From: Candidatus Nomurabacteria bacterium
GTDB taxonomy: Bacteria; Patescibacteriota; Minisyncoccia; Phycocordibacterales; UBA918
Direction of reading: 5' to 3'
Assembly (NCBI GenBank): GCA_020632015.1
Contig: JACKGI010000002.1
Coordinates: 155,121-219,120 of the forward strand
Length of the DNA: 64,000 bases
Both the position numbers and the translations under genes were made by a program. The notes under the pieces were generated by a model. It was given only the letters and a program-made list of their open reading frames with translations. It ran no database searches and was not told the DNA's origin. Each line of letters starts with the position of its first letter. Position 1 is the stretch's first letter. Positions 29,638-38,621 of this stretch are shown piece by piece.

Positions 29638-31041
29638 GTGGTAGAATCGTTATTACCTATGTCAGCCGAACACAACCGTTCACTACGCACTCCCCCGCAA
29701 AACGTCGATGCTGAAAAAGCATTACTAGGGGCTATCATCCTCAAACCAGATGTTCTCCATGATGTTTCAGTAACTGTTTATCCAGAAAGTTTTTACGCTG
29801 ATAAGCACCGAGTTATTTATGACGCAATACAAAAGATTTTTTCTAATGGTGACCCAGTAGACACTGTTTCTATAATCACAAAACTAAAAGAAATGAATCA
29901 ACTCGACCGAGTTGGTGGTGCCGCTTACATTACCGAACTTATCGAAACTGTTCCTGCTGCTGGTAACGCCATGTACTACGCTGGACAAGTGCGCGACAAA
30001 GCTACTTTAAGAGGTTTAATCCACGCCGCTGATGATATTGCCGAGATTGGTTATTCTGACCCTGAGAGCGTAGACGAGGCTCTTGATCAGGCTGAAAAAA
30101 AAGTTTTCCAAGCAACCCAAGCTCCTTCAGCACAAAAATTCCGACCAATCGGCACCGCTTTACATGAAGCTTGGGAAAGATTTGAGCACCTAACCGAAAA
30201 CCCAGACGATAAGCGCGGTGTTCCTTCAGGCTTTACCGCCCTCGACAATGTCCTAGCTGGTTTTCAAAAATCTGACCTAATTATTCTCGCTGCTCGTCCA
30301 TCTATGGGTAAGACAACCTTTGCTCTTGATATTGCTCGTAACGCTGCCCTTTTACACGGAGCATCTGTCGGTATATTTTCACTCGAAATGAGCGACCAAC
30401 AGCTCGTAGACCGTATGCTGGCAGCAGAGTCAGGGGTGGATTCATGGAAGCTTAGAACTGGACGTTTGTCTAACGACTCTGAATACGAGTCTCTTCAGAA
30501 TGCAATGCAAAAGCTAAACAAGGCACCAATTCACATCATTGACGATGCTGACATGAACATTGTAAAAATGCGTTCAGCAACAAGAAGACTAATGAACGAA
30601 CATGGTGTAGACCTTCTAATTGTCGACTATCTTCAGTTGATGTCTCCAACAGCAACCAAACACAGCGACTCAATGGTGCAACAAATCACAGAGATTTCAC
30701 GTTCGCTTAAAATTCTTGCTAAAGAGATGAATATTCCCGTCATTGCTTTGTCTCAGCTTTCTCGAGCTGTAGAACAACGTGGTGGTAAGCCTCGTCTTTC
30801 TGACCTTCGTGATTCTGGTTCTATCGAGCAGGACGCCGACGTTGTAATGTTCATTCACCGCGAGGACAAGATGAACAGAGACAAAGAATCAGAGCGCCCA
30901 AACATTGCAGAAATCATGGTTGAGAAGCACCGAAACGGTGCTGTAGGTATGGCTGAGCTATACTTCGACGGTCAGCACGTACGATTCCTCAATCTCGACA
31001 CACATCACGCCACTGCTCCAGGAGCTGGAGATGATTTTTAA
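29638..31041 (+). CDS. dnaB: Replicative DNA helicase
   Basis: PPQNVDAEKALLGAIIL N-terminal signature, Walker A ARPSMGKT, and SQLSR...RPRLSDLRDSGSIEQDADVV. The start may be the ATG at 29659. Confidence 0.93.
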   Translation: MVESLLPMSAEHNRSLRTPPQNVDAEKALLGAIILKPDVLHDVSVTVYPESFYADKHRVIYDAIQKIFSNGDPVDTVSIITKLKEMNQLDRVGGAAYITELIETVPAAGNAMYYAGQVRDKATLRGLIHAADDIAEIGYSDPESVDEALDQAEKKVFQATQAPSAQKFRPIGTALHEAWERFEHLTENPDDKRGVPSGFTALDNVLAGFQKSDLIILAARPSMGKTTFALDIARNAALLHGASVGIFSLEMSDQQLVDRMLAAESGVDSWKLRTGRLSNDSEYESLQNAMQKLNKAPIHIIDDADMNIVKMRSATRRLMNEHGVDLLIVDYLQLMSPTATKHSDSMVQQITEISRSLKILAKEMNIPVIALSQLSRAVEQRGGKPRLSDLRDSGSIEQDADVVMFIHREDKMNRDKESERPNIAEIMVEKHRNGAVGMAELYFDGQHVRFLNLDTHHATAPGAGDDF

Positions 31042-31056
31042 TAGTGCTCAAGAAAC

Positions 31057-31084
31057 TTGACTTTTATATATATTGTGGTAATAT
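31057..31084 (+). promoter_or_regulatory. Sigma70-like promoter (TTGACT-N16-TAATAT) for the small RNA candidate
   Basis: TTGACT at 31057-31062 and TAATAT at 31079-31084. Confidence 0.5.
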
Positions 31085-31090
31085 TGAAAG

Positions 31091-31220
31091 TAGCAAGTAG
31101 TTTCTTTATAGGCAGGCGTGAGCAAGGTGCCACATGGATGATAGCCCAACCAGTTCGATTCTGGGTCTGCCTCCAATTTTTATATTCTATGCAAAGGCCC
31201 TACTTGTAGGGCCTTTTTCT
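31091..31220 (+). ncRNA. Unclassified small RNA candidate of about 125 nt, containing a tRNA-like acceptor/T-arm minihelix ending in CCA
   Basis: Lies between a promoter-like site and a terminator (GGCCCTA-CTTG-TAGGGCC-TTTTT at 31196-31219). GGCAGGC (31111-17) pairs 7/7 with GTCTGCC (31165-71). A CCAG-TTCGATT-CTGG T-arm is followed by T-CCA. No D arm or anticodon arm can be drawn. Confidence 0.35.
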
Positions 31221-31253
31221 ATAGTCTTTGATTCAATGTTATAATCAGACCTT

Positions 31254-31877
31254 ATGAATAATTTGGATAAACTAATTGCCCAATTTGAGAAATTCCCCGG
31301 AGTTGGCGCACGTCAAGCTAAACGCTTTGCCTTTCATGTACTCACCTCACACGAATCTGACACAGCAGAGTTGTCTAGACTAATAGCGGAAATCAAAGGA
31401 ACTGTTGTGGAATGTGCCAGCTGTCACAGATTTTTTGCAACTGGCAATAACGAGATAATCTGTTCTCTTTGCTCCTCCGCTCAACGTACTCACAGTAAGC
31501 TTCTAATTGTTGAAAGAGATTCTGACATACAAGCCATCGAACGTGCAGGTGTATACGATGGACTGTATTTTGTCTTTGGTGGTACCGTCCCCCTTCTAAA
31601 CTCAGGTGAAAACAAAAAGCTCCGAGGTGGAGCATTAAAAGCAACTATCGAAACAAGAATTCCTGAAGGGCTAAATGAAGTAACTATTGGTTTTTCTGTT
31701 AACCCTGACGGAGAGAATACTGCGCGCTTCGTCGAGTCTATAATTGGAGAAATATTAAAAGAGAAAGGAATTGTAATTTCCTACTTAGGGAGAGGCCTTT
31801 CAACCGGAAGTGAGCTTGAGTACGCAGATGCTGAGACAATAAAGAACGCTTTCAAAAATCGTTCAGTGCATGGATAA
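31254..31877 (+). CDS. recR: Recombination protein RecR
   Basis: FEKFPGVGARQAKRFAFHVL helix-hairpin-helix, a C..C...C..C zinc finger, and a Toprim region. Confidence 0.92.
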   Translation: MNNLDKLIAQFEKFPGVGARQAKRFAFHVLTSHESDTAELSRLIAEIKGTVVECASCHRFFATGNNEIICSLCSSAQRTHSKLLIVERDSDIQAIERAGVYDGLYFVFGGTVPLLNSGENKKLRGGALKATIETRIPEGLNEVTIGFSVNPDGENTARFVESIIGEILKEKGIVISYLGRGLSTGSELEYADAETIKNAFKNRSVHG

Positions 31878-31886
31878 AAAACAAAT

Positions 31887-31915
31887 AAAAGGCCGGCGCT
31901 TCGCGCCGGCCTTTT
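31887..31915. terminator. Bidirectional intrinsic terminator (recR / rplU convergent)
   Basis: AAAAGGCCGGCGC-TTCG-GCGCCGGCCTTTT. Confidence 0.85.
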
Positions 31916-31921
31916 ATTTGA

Positions 31922-32257
31922 TTACTTAACTGAATCAATCTTGATTTCAGCGTAGTGTTGTCGGTGACCAATTCGTCGGTCTCGGTTACTCTTAGCTTTG
32001 TATCGTACGATAGTTAGCTTCTTGCCTTTCTTTTCACCAAGATAAGTTGCCTTAACCTTTGTTCCAGTGTGAGGAGTACCAATCTTAGAAGACTTTCCGT
32101 CGTCGGTCATTAGAACGGTATCGAACTCAATCTTATCCCCTTCTTTATGATCCCCTAGGAGCTCTACTAGCATAGTATCGCCTTCACGCACTACATATTG
32201 CTTTCCGCCGGTAGCGATAACTGCAAATGGTGCTGAATTTGTTGTTTCTGTTGCCAT
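31922..32257 (-). CDS. rplU: 50S ribosomal protein L21
   Basis: FAVIATGGKQYVVREGD...KVKA..LGEKKGKKLTIVRYKAKSN.RR.GHRQ. Confidence 0.93.
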   Translation of the reverse strand: MATETTNSAPFAVIATGGKQYVVREGDTMLVELLGDHKEGDKIEFDTVLMTDDGKSSKIGTPHTGTKVKATYLGEKKGKKLTIVRYKAKSNRDRRIGHRQHYAEIKIDSVK

Positions 32258-32346
32258 ATAAATAGTATTTATACACCCTGCGCTCCCTCGGTCATGTACA
32301 AGTAAACTTGTCCGTGACCCTCGCTCGCTTGGCTGTAGTGGCTAAG

Positions 32347-32374
32347 AGTATACAAGAAATCACAGGTTTTGCAA
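32347..32374 (-). promoter_or_regulatory. Sigma70-like promoter for rplU (TTGCAA-N16-TATACT)
   Basis: On the minus strand, TTGCAA at 32374-32369 and TATACT at 32352-32347. This gives a leader of about 80 nt containing a 13-bp hairpin (32290-32319). Confidence 0.5.
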
Positions 32375-32387
32375 TGCTTTTGTGGGA

Positions 32388-33470
32388 TTATTGACCGTCT
32401 GCCTTTTGGGGCTTGTCTAGCTCCAGAACGTCTAAGCCTATACCAGCTCCTGTGATTCTAGTAACATCCTTATCTATTTTGTTCAACTCCTTATATCCAG
32501 CATTGTAGTGATTTACGGTCGTAGACAAAGTGTTTCCAAGCTTTTGATAAAAATCCTCGTATTTCGCAATATGACCCGTCAGTCTTTCAACATTTTTTAT
32601 GATATCTTGCGCCTTTTCTTCAATCTCCATTGCCTTCAATCCTTGAAGAACTGTCTGTAAATAAGCCAAGAAAGAAGTTGGTGAAACAATAATTACTTTA
32701 TGCTTACCAGCAGCACGTTGGATAAGATTCTCCTCCCCTGCTCCGACTTTATTAGAAAGTAAGTCATAGTAAATCCCTTCGTGCGGAATAAACATAAAGG
32801 CGAAGTCAGTGGTCTTCTCAGACGGACGGATATACTTCGATGTTTCGGTTATACGAAGCTTTAAGTCATTGATAAATGTTTTTTCGTATTGAGCTCGTTC
32901 TGGTGTGTCACCAGCTTCAACTAAGCGATTGTAGTTATCGAGTGAAAATTTAGAATCTATCGGAATTACTTTTCCTTTCACGAATACTACTGCGTCGACA
33001 ATCTCCCCATCATCAAAGGCGTACTGCATTTGGAAGCTCTCTGGAGGAAGAACATTTTGTAGAACTGTTTCAAGATAGTACTCGCCAAGAATTCCTCTTT
33101 GTTTTGGATTCTTGAGAATATTCTGTAATTCCTTCAATTGGTCTGCGACCTGAAAAACTTGTTTTGAACTCTCACCCACTTCTGTCACCCCTTTTACTAC
33201 ATTGCGTAGCTGTTCGTTCATTTCTTTGTTTATGTCCTGTATTAACTCTCGACTCTCTCTAAACTGCGCTTGACTTCCCTCTCGCATGGTTTTGTTGGTC
33301 TCACTAAGCTTGGCGTCTACGGTACGAGAAAGCTCCTCGATTCTTTGCATAAGTAACAAAGCCTCTTTATCATCTTTCTTTTCCTCAACTTTTGGTTGCA
33401 GGAGCTTATAAACCACAAAAGCATTAACAAATAGCAAGATTATTATCAATCCAATCAATATCATTTCCAT
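32388..33470 (-). CDS. rmuC: DNA recombination protein RmuC
   Basis: N-terminal TM helix, long coiled coil, QRGILGEYYLE, and a C-terminal FAFMFIPHEGIY nuclease-like core. Confidence 0.85.
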   Translation of the reverse strand: MEMILIGLIIILLFVNAFVVYKLLQPKVEEKKDDKEALLLMQRIEELSRTVDAKLSETNKTMREGSQAQFRESRELIQDINKEMNEQLRNVVKGVTEVGESSKQVFQVADQLKELQNILKNPKQRGILGEYYLETVLQNVLPPESFQMQYAFDDGEIVDAVVFVKGKVIPIDSKFSLDNYNRLVEAGDTPERAQYEKTFINDLKLRITETSKYIRPSEKTTDFAFMFIPHEGIYYDLLSNKVGAGEENLIQRAAGKHKVIIVSPTSFLAYLQTVLQGLKAMEIEEKAQDIIKNVERLTGHIAKYEDFYQKLGNTLSTTVNHYNAGYKELNKIDKDVTRITGAGIGLDVLELDKPQKADGQ

Positions 33471-33549
33471 ATATTTAATATACTACCATTTCACAATGAA
33501 CCTTACCTATAGGTGGGAAAGAAATATTATCGTGATAAAATGACAACAT

Positions 33550-34005
33550 ATGACACTACACGAAACAATCAAAGACGAATTAAAAACTGCGATGAAAGCT
33601 AAAGATGCTGTGAAGCTACGAACAGTTCGAAGTATGCTAACAGCCTTTATGAACGAACTTGTTTCTACTAGTCGCACTCCTCAGGATTACTTAAAAGACG
33701 AAGAGGTGCTCGCAGTTATTAAACGATTGGCAAAGCAAAGAAAGGAATCAATTACCCAATACGAAGCAAACGCACGTCCTGAACTGGCTGAACCAGAAAA
33801 AGAAGAGCTAGCGGTACTTGAAAGTTACCTTCCCCAAATGATGTCACAAGATGAAATTCGCCCTATTGCAGAAGCAAAAAAGGCTGAACTAGGTATTGAT
33901 GATAAGTCTAAAATGGGAATGTTGGTTGGCTCTGTAATGAATGAATTAGCTGGAAAAGCCGATGGTGGAGATGTAAAAGCTGTGGTTGAGTCACTATTTT
34001 CTTAG
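33550..34005 (+). CDS. GatB/YqeY domain protein
   Basis: LKTAMKAKDAVKLRTVRSMLTAF...LAVLESYLPQMMSQDEI. Confidence 0.85.
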   Translation: MTLHETIKDELKTAMKAKDAVKLRTVRSMLTAFMNELVSTSRTPQDYLKDEEVLAVIKRLAKQRKESITQYEANARPELAEPEKEELAVLESYLPQMMSQDEIRPIAEAKKAELGIDDKSKMGMLVGSVMNELAGKADGGDVKAVVESLFS

Positions 34006-34010
34006 ATTTT

Positions 34011-34310
34011 ATGTCTGAAGATTTTCCTCAAAATGTCCCCAATGAATCCTTAGAGCAAATGAAGTCTCGCTTGCGTGAAATAGAATTCGCCTTGCAAACA
34101 GCAAAACAACTTGGTGAAAAAGACGAGATAAATGAGCTTGAATCCGAAATTGAATCACTAAAGGAAGAAATCAAGAATTCTCCTCCAATTCATTTAGAAG
34201 ATATAGACAATCAAGATTCAGAACAGGAACCATATTCAGAGACAACAACATTACCAACTATAGACCCTCAAGAAGAACTGAAAAAGCTGAAAGATTTATT
34301 TAAAAATTAG
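34011..34310 (+). CDS. Acidic coiled-coil protein, unknown function
   Basis: 99-aa ORF 6 nt after the preceding stop. Glu/Asp-rich with no motif. Confidence 0.5.
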   Translation: MSEDFPQNVPNESLEQMKSRLREIEFALQTAKQLGEKDEINELESEIESLKEEIKNSPPIHLEDIDNQDSEQEPYSETTTLPTIDPQEELKKLKDLFKN

Positions 34311-34412
34311 TTCAAAATACAAAGGACAGAAGGGATTGTGTTCGTGTTTTTCTATTGACTAAAAGAATATATTGTTTTATAAATACCCCAGTCACATGTG
34401 AGGGTGTTCCTG

Positions 34413-34694
34413 ATGAAAAGAAAACAAGTGTTTTCAGAAGCTGATTTGGATGAAGCGCTTCTAATCGCTCGACAAAATTATCGGTTTCTTAGCAAGCGCG
34501 ATGCAGAAGGTATTATTAAGGAAATCATTGCTCACATGAACAATGGTGTTCCTTACAAAAATGCTGTAATCGCTACACTGAATCGATTCTTTCCTAACAA
34601 CCATGACTACAAGAAGGCTTATATTTCTTTAGCTGGTGTATATTTTGGCAAGCATAGCGCTAAGAAGAGACGTCAAATTAGAAAAAAGAAATAG
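34413..34694 (+). CDS. Small basic-tailed protein, unknown function
   Basis: A TTGACT-N17-TATAAA promoter-like site lies at 34355-34383. I placed the start at the MKRKQ ATG rather than the upstream GTG at 34398. Confidence 0.45.
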   Translation: MKRKQVFSEADLDEALLIARQNYRFLSKRDAEGIIKEIIAHMNNGVPYKNAVIATLNRFFPNNHDYKKAYISLAGVYFGKHSAKKRRQIRKKK

Positions 34695-34718
34695 TTAAGT
34701 ACTTCAAAGGAGACTTAA

Positions 34719-34982
34719 ATGAGTCCATGTAATAGTTTTGAAATTGCATTTAAGAATATTTCATCCACCTACCCTGAGCTTAACAAAGGCAAGGCGAAGG
34801 AAGTCCTTTCAGGAGTCAAAGAAAGAGTTGAATGGAAGCAACAAGAGAATGCGAGAGAAACACTAAACCAAAGCATTCGAGAAATACTGGAAATTTTCGA
34901 AATTGATCGTGCACTTAGGCCGGCCTACCGGCAATTGGTAACTGAATGTTTTTCGGAAAATAACCTTAGGCTCGTATCCTAA
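34719..34982 (+). CDS. Small protein, unknown function
   Basis: An AAGGAG SD lies upstream and a terminator follows. Confidence 0.5.
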   Translation: MSPCNSFEIAFKNISSTYPELNKGKAKEVLSGVKERVEWKQQENARETLNQSIREILEIFEIDRALRPAYRQLVTECFSENNLRLVS

Positions 34983-34997
34983 CAAAAACTACCTTAG

Positions 34998-35022
34998 AGC
35001 CCACTTCGCGTGGGCTTTTACT
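34998..35022 (+). terminator. Intrinsic terminator
   Basis: AGCCCAC-TTCG-CGTGGGCT followed by TTTAC. Confidence 0.7.
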
Positions 35023-35047
35023 TTACATAATATTTATTTATGGTTTA

Positions 35048-35377
35048 ATGAATACGCACAAGTTCGTGCAAACAAGTACATTACAGGGGAAAAGTATGTT
35101 AGAAGTCAAAGAAAGTCGTTGGACATGGACTTTGCCACTTGAGAAAGTCCTCCCTAGTGACAGAGAGGAAACGGCATTGATTCAACGCTTCAAGGGCAAG
35201 ATTGCCATTGAAGAACCGGCCATGATTAATGGTAAGTTCTGGACACGCATTCACGCTCGGGACACAGACACAGAAAAAGAGCTTTCTAATTACATGGATG
35301 TAATGCACTCAGACATCCCAAGAGTGTTATGCTCTCCCGAGAATCTTCCAGCCCAATCATTCACTGTAGTTCATTGA
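35048..35377 (+). CDS. Small protein, unknown function
   Basis: 109-aa ORF. An alternative start, MLEVKE at 35096, has GGGGA upstream. Confidence 0.45.
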   Translation: MNTHKFVQTSTLQGKSMLEVKESRWTWTLPLEKVLPSDREETALIQRFKGKIAIEEPAMINGKFWTRIHARDTDTEKELSNYMDVMHSDIPRVLCSPENLPAQSFTVVH

Positions 35378-35388
35378 AGGAGTGAGAC

Positions 35389-35616
35389 ATGAAGGCGTCT
35401 ACCTTGAATATTTGGCAATCTGCTCCAAACCAAGCAGCTGTTACGACCATCGGCGATGCCGAGTGCCTACAGCGAATCTTTGACGGGAAACTGGATATTT
35501 TTGTCGAACGGCAAAGCTTCGTACAAATTCAACCGCTGAATCCCATCACAGCTGACAGAGTTGCCGACTACCTGAGAAAACACGGCGCACAATGTTGCGC
35601 CCGACTCATCAGGTAG
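35389..35616 (+). CDS. Small protein, unknown function
   Basis: An AAGGAG SD lies 7 nt upstream, and the ORF is tightly coupled to the previous one. Confidence 0.5.
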   Translation: MKASTLNIWQSAPNQAAVTTIGDAECLQRIFDGKLDIFVERQSFVQIQPLNPITADRVADYLRKHGAQCCARLIR

Positions 35617-35632
35617 AGCCAACAAACACCCC

Positions 35633-35664
35633 CGCCCTTGCGTAAGCTTGGGCGGTTTTTATTT
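35633..35664. terminator. Intrinsic terminator between convergent genes
   Basis: CCGCCC-TTGCGTAAGCTT-GGGCGG followed by TTTTTATTT. Confidence 0.75.
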
Positions 35665-36363
35665 AAACACTTCTTCTATTTGCTTGGCGTTTTCAATATC
35701 AAAATCACCTACTTTGGTTCGTCGTAGGTTTTGAAGAGTGGCTGGATAGCCGAGGCGCCGGCCGAGCTCTTCTCCTAGAGAACGTATATATGTCCCGCTA
35801 CCGACTCGAAAACGCACTGTAGCTACAGCTCGGCCGGCGTTTGCTGACACACTCATTAACTCCACCTCATCAACTCGCATCAATCTTTCCGGCACATCAG
35901 ACACTACCTCCCCTTTCTTCTCAGCTCTTCTGGCTATTTTGTACATCGCTACACCATCAACCTTAATGGCACTGTAGGCAGACACCGGCAAAGAGATTTC
36001 GCCAAGCATGGTTGGGAGAATGGTGGAAATTTTGCTCCGCAAAATTTCCACCGCTTCTACCACTTTCTTTTCCTTCACCACATCACCCTCCATATCACCA
36101 GTCGTTCTACTTTCTCCGATTAGAATCTCGGCGATGTATTCCTTATCTAACTTAACCAACTCTGCCAGCTTCTTAGTACCAGAACCGATACCCAGAATCA
36201 TCAATCCTGTTGCGAGTGGATCTAGAGTCCCAGCATGACCAATCTTAGGTGACTTATTACCATTATTAGCCTCTGAATAACGTCTACGTAGACGACGAAT
36301 CACGTCAAACGACGTGATTCCTTTAGGCTTATCTACAAGTAAAATTTCTGGAATTGAATCCAT
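35659..36363 (-). CDS. truB: tRNA pseudouridine(55) synthase
   Basis: LLVDKPKGITSFDV...GHAGTLDPLATGLMILGIG. Confidence 0.92.
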   Translation of the reverse strand: MDSIPEILLVDKPKGITSFDVIRRLRRRYSEANNGNKSPKIGHAGTLDPLATGLMILGIGSGTKKLAELVKLDKEYIAEILIGESRTTGDMEGDVVKEKKVVEAVEILRSKISTILPTMLGEISLPVSAYSAIKVDGVAMYKIARRAEKKGEVVSDVPERLMRVDEVELMSVSANAGRAVATVRFRVGSGTYIRSLGEELGRRLGYPATLQNLRRTKVGDFDIENAKQIEEVFK

Positions 36364-36366
36364 GGT

Positions 36367-37317
36367 CTAGACAAAAGCAACAAGTTTCACTAAGAAGAAA
36401 CAGAAGAAAATAATCATGGCCACACCTTCCCATTTTTGAACTTGTCTTGCCAATCCGTTTACAAACAAAATTAAAGAAGCTGCCACCAAAATCCAAACAC
36501 CGAGCTCCATAACAACTTCACCAGCAACAAGAGGAGAAATCAGTCCTGGAATACCAACCACCATCAAGATATTAAATGCGTTAGAACCAAAAATATTTCC
36601 GATTGCTAAATCTGTCTCTCCGGTCTTCAAAGCCTGCAATGAAACAAATAATTCAGGCAACGAAGTACCGATAGCAATTGCTCCAATTGAAACCAAACCA
36701 AGCGGTACAGACAAACCAGTTGCGATATTTACTGCCATTTCGACTGTATAGTGAGCACCTATTAACACAGCAGTTATTCCCAAAACAACAAATACGACTG
36801 ACTTCAAAGTAATCTTCTCGTTTTTATGCGGAACGGCCATTTCTTTTTTAGCAGTATTGTTAGAAGAAAATAAATACCAAATATAGGCACAGAAAGTAGC
36901 GAACAATAATCCGGCTTCTACCCTGTCTACAAATCCATCGTAAACACTGGCTACAAAATGAACTGTCGCAATAAAGAAAATCGGCAGTTCTGTCTTGAGT
37001 AGATTTTTATTAATCATTACTGGGCCACCAAGAGCCGCCAAGACACCTACGATTAGGAGAATATTAGTGATATTAGAACCAACTGCGTTAGCTATCACAA
37101 TTTCAGTAGTTCCAGCTACGACTGCTGCTAGAGAGGATGCTAACTCTGGCAAAGAAGTACCGATTCCAACAATCAAAACCCCGATTGCAAAAGGACTCAT
37201 ACCAAAAGCAGATCCTATGCGCTTTGCACCTTCTATAAATAAATCAGCTCCGCGAACCAGAACAAATAAAGCGACAATCAGAATACCTGACCATTGAGCA
37301 AGTTGAATTATATCCAT
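36367..37317 (-). CDS. Ca2+/Na+ antiporter (CaCA / YrbG family)
   Basis: Two GTSLPEL alpha-repeat motifs and about 10 TM helices. The start is set at MDIIQ to avoid overlapping the upstream gene. Confidence 0.85.
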   Translation of the reverse strand: MDIIQLAQWSGILIVALFVLVRGADLFIEGAKRIGSAFGMSPFAIGVLIVGIGTSLPELASSLAAVVAGTTEIVIANAVGSNITNILLIVGVLAALGGPVMINKNLLKTELPIFFIATVHFVASVYDGFVDRVEAGLLFATFCAYIWYLFSSNNTAKKEMAVPHKNEKITLKSVVFVVLGITAVLIGAHYTVEMAVNIATGLSVPLGLVSIGAIAIGTSLPELFVSLQALKTGETDLAIGNIFGSNAFNILMVVGIPGLISPLVAGEVVMELGVWILVAASLILFVNGLARQVQKWEGVAMIIFFCFFLVKLVAFV

Positions 37318-37333
37318 ATATTTGAAGTATACC

Positions 37334-38560
37334 TTAGAGCACCAGGGCCGATGGGTCAATAATTAGAATTCCACCAAGCAATAGCATTAAGACTCCACCA
37401 ATCAAGAGTGATAATTGAGCATATTTTCCACCATGTGACTGAAGCTTAGAATATCCCCAAATGGCTAAACCAAATACGATAAAGTCATCAATCATATAGC
37501 CAATGGTATAAATCATGATGTACCACTGCCGTTCCATAAAGGTAAGCATATTTAGCTCAAGAATCTTGGTATAGGCTTGTGGTATACCAATAGAACAAGC
37601 AAATTCGATTATATTAACAGAGAAAGCAATAACCAAAATGGCCAGAACTGAAGCAATCGTTATTGGTTGATTTACAATTGCCTTAAACTTATCAATCGTC
37701 TTTGATTGAGTTTCAATATCAGTGATGTCGCAGACTAATTCTGCACTTTTATTTTTGTGCCATCGCCATAGGAAGAATAATCCTCCTCCGGTTGCTAAAA
37801 GCCCTACCATTGGAGTTACATATTGGTCGAGAGCAATAAAGTCCCAAGTCTTGTACCAAACATTCAGTATCAAGTTATACATTATAGCCTCCGCCACAAT
37901 AAATAATCCGGCCAAAAAAATCATTTTCTTTTTGCTACCCGCTTGAGACAGGATTACCAAGAAAGTAATCAGAACCCACATGGCGCAAGGGTTGAATCCA
38001 TCTATAACACCAAGTAGCGCAGACAAAGAAAACAAGGAGAAGGTCTTAAGGTCGACAATGCCAATAAAAGGCAAATCAAAAACATAACCAGATACAGCAC
38101 CTGAATCACATTCCAAATCTGTGCACCCTCCACCGGTCACCACGTCTTGTTTTGGCGCTCTTTCAAGATGAGCTTCAATAGAAGTAATGTCAGAATCTCT
38201 AGCCGCTTCGATCGCCACTTTTATGCTTTTACCTGTTGTTTCAGGACCATTAAACCCAACAAACACCCTCTCTCCTATGACTGTAATTGGAGTAACCTTA
38301 GAAACTTCGTGCTTTTCTGCAACTTGGTTATAAAGTTCGCGCGCGTTTTCATCGGTGACTATATTTAGATAACTATAGTTAATCCCCTCCTCATTCATCC
38401 AAGCAAACTGTTGTTTGCAGAATCCACAATCATCTCGTCCGAACATGAAAACTGTCGGCTGAGCATCCGCGACATTCTCATTCGCACTAACACTATTAAA
38501 ACTCCAAAAGAAAGGCGTAACAACAACAGCTAAAAATATAGCAATAAAGATTTTTTTCAT
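37334..38560 (-). CDS. Glutaredoxin-like domain fused to a CcdA/DsbD-like polytopic membrane domain (thiol-disulfide transfer)
   Basis: Signal sequence, a CGFC redox motif in a Grx-like fold, then GFNPCAMWVL and multiple TM helices. Confidence 0.65.
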   Translation of the reverse strand: MKKIFIAIFLAVVVTPFFWSFNSVSANENVADAQPTVFMFGRDDCGFCKQQFAWMNEEGINYSYLNIVTDENARELYNQVAEKHEVSKVTPITVIGERVFVGFNGPETTGKSIKVAIEAARDSDITSIEAHLERAPKQDVVTGGGCTDLECDSGAVSGYVFDLPFIGIVDLKTFSLFSLSALLGVIDGFNPCAMWVLITFLVILSQAGSKKKMIFLAGLFIVAEAIMYNLILNVWYKTWDFIALDQYVTPMVGLLATGGGLFFLWRWHKNKSAELVCDITDIETQSKTIDKFKAIVNQPITIASVLAILVIAFSVNIIEFACSIGIPQAYTKILELNMLTFMERQWYIMIYTIGYMIDDFIVFGLAIWGYSKLQSHGGKYAQLSLLIGGVLMLLLGGILIIDPSALVL

Positions 38561-38587
38561 AAGGACTATGCTAGCACAAATTTACAA

Positions 38588-38618
38588 AATGCGCGCTGGC
38601 CTTTGGCCAGCGCGCATT
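38588..38618 (-). terminator. Intrinsic terminator after msrAB
   Basis: AATGCGCGCTGGCC-TT-TGGCCAGCGCGCATT palindrome. The minus-strand reading is followed by TTTGTAAATTT. Confidence 0.75.
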
Positions 38619-38621
38619 CAA

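Noticed and set aside
31111-31175. Calling this a genuine tRNA gene, or an SRP RNA or tmRNA
   Set aside because: The acceptor and T arm are present, but the element is only 62 nt plus CCA, and no D arm or anticodon arm is possible in any register. It lacks the SRP domain IV GGAA/AGCAGC motifs and a tmRNA tag reading frame.
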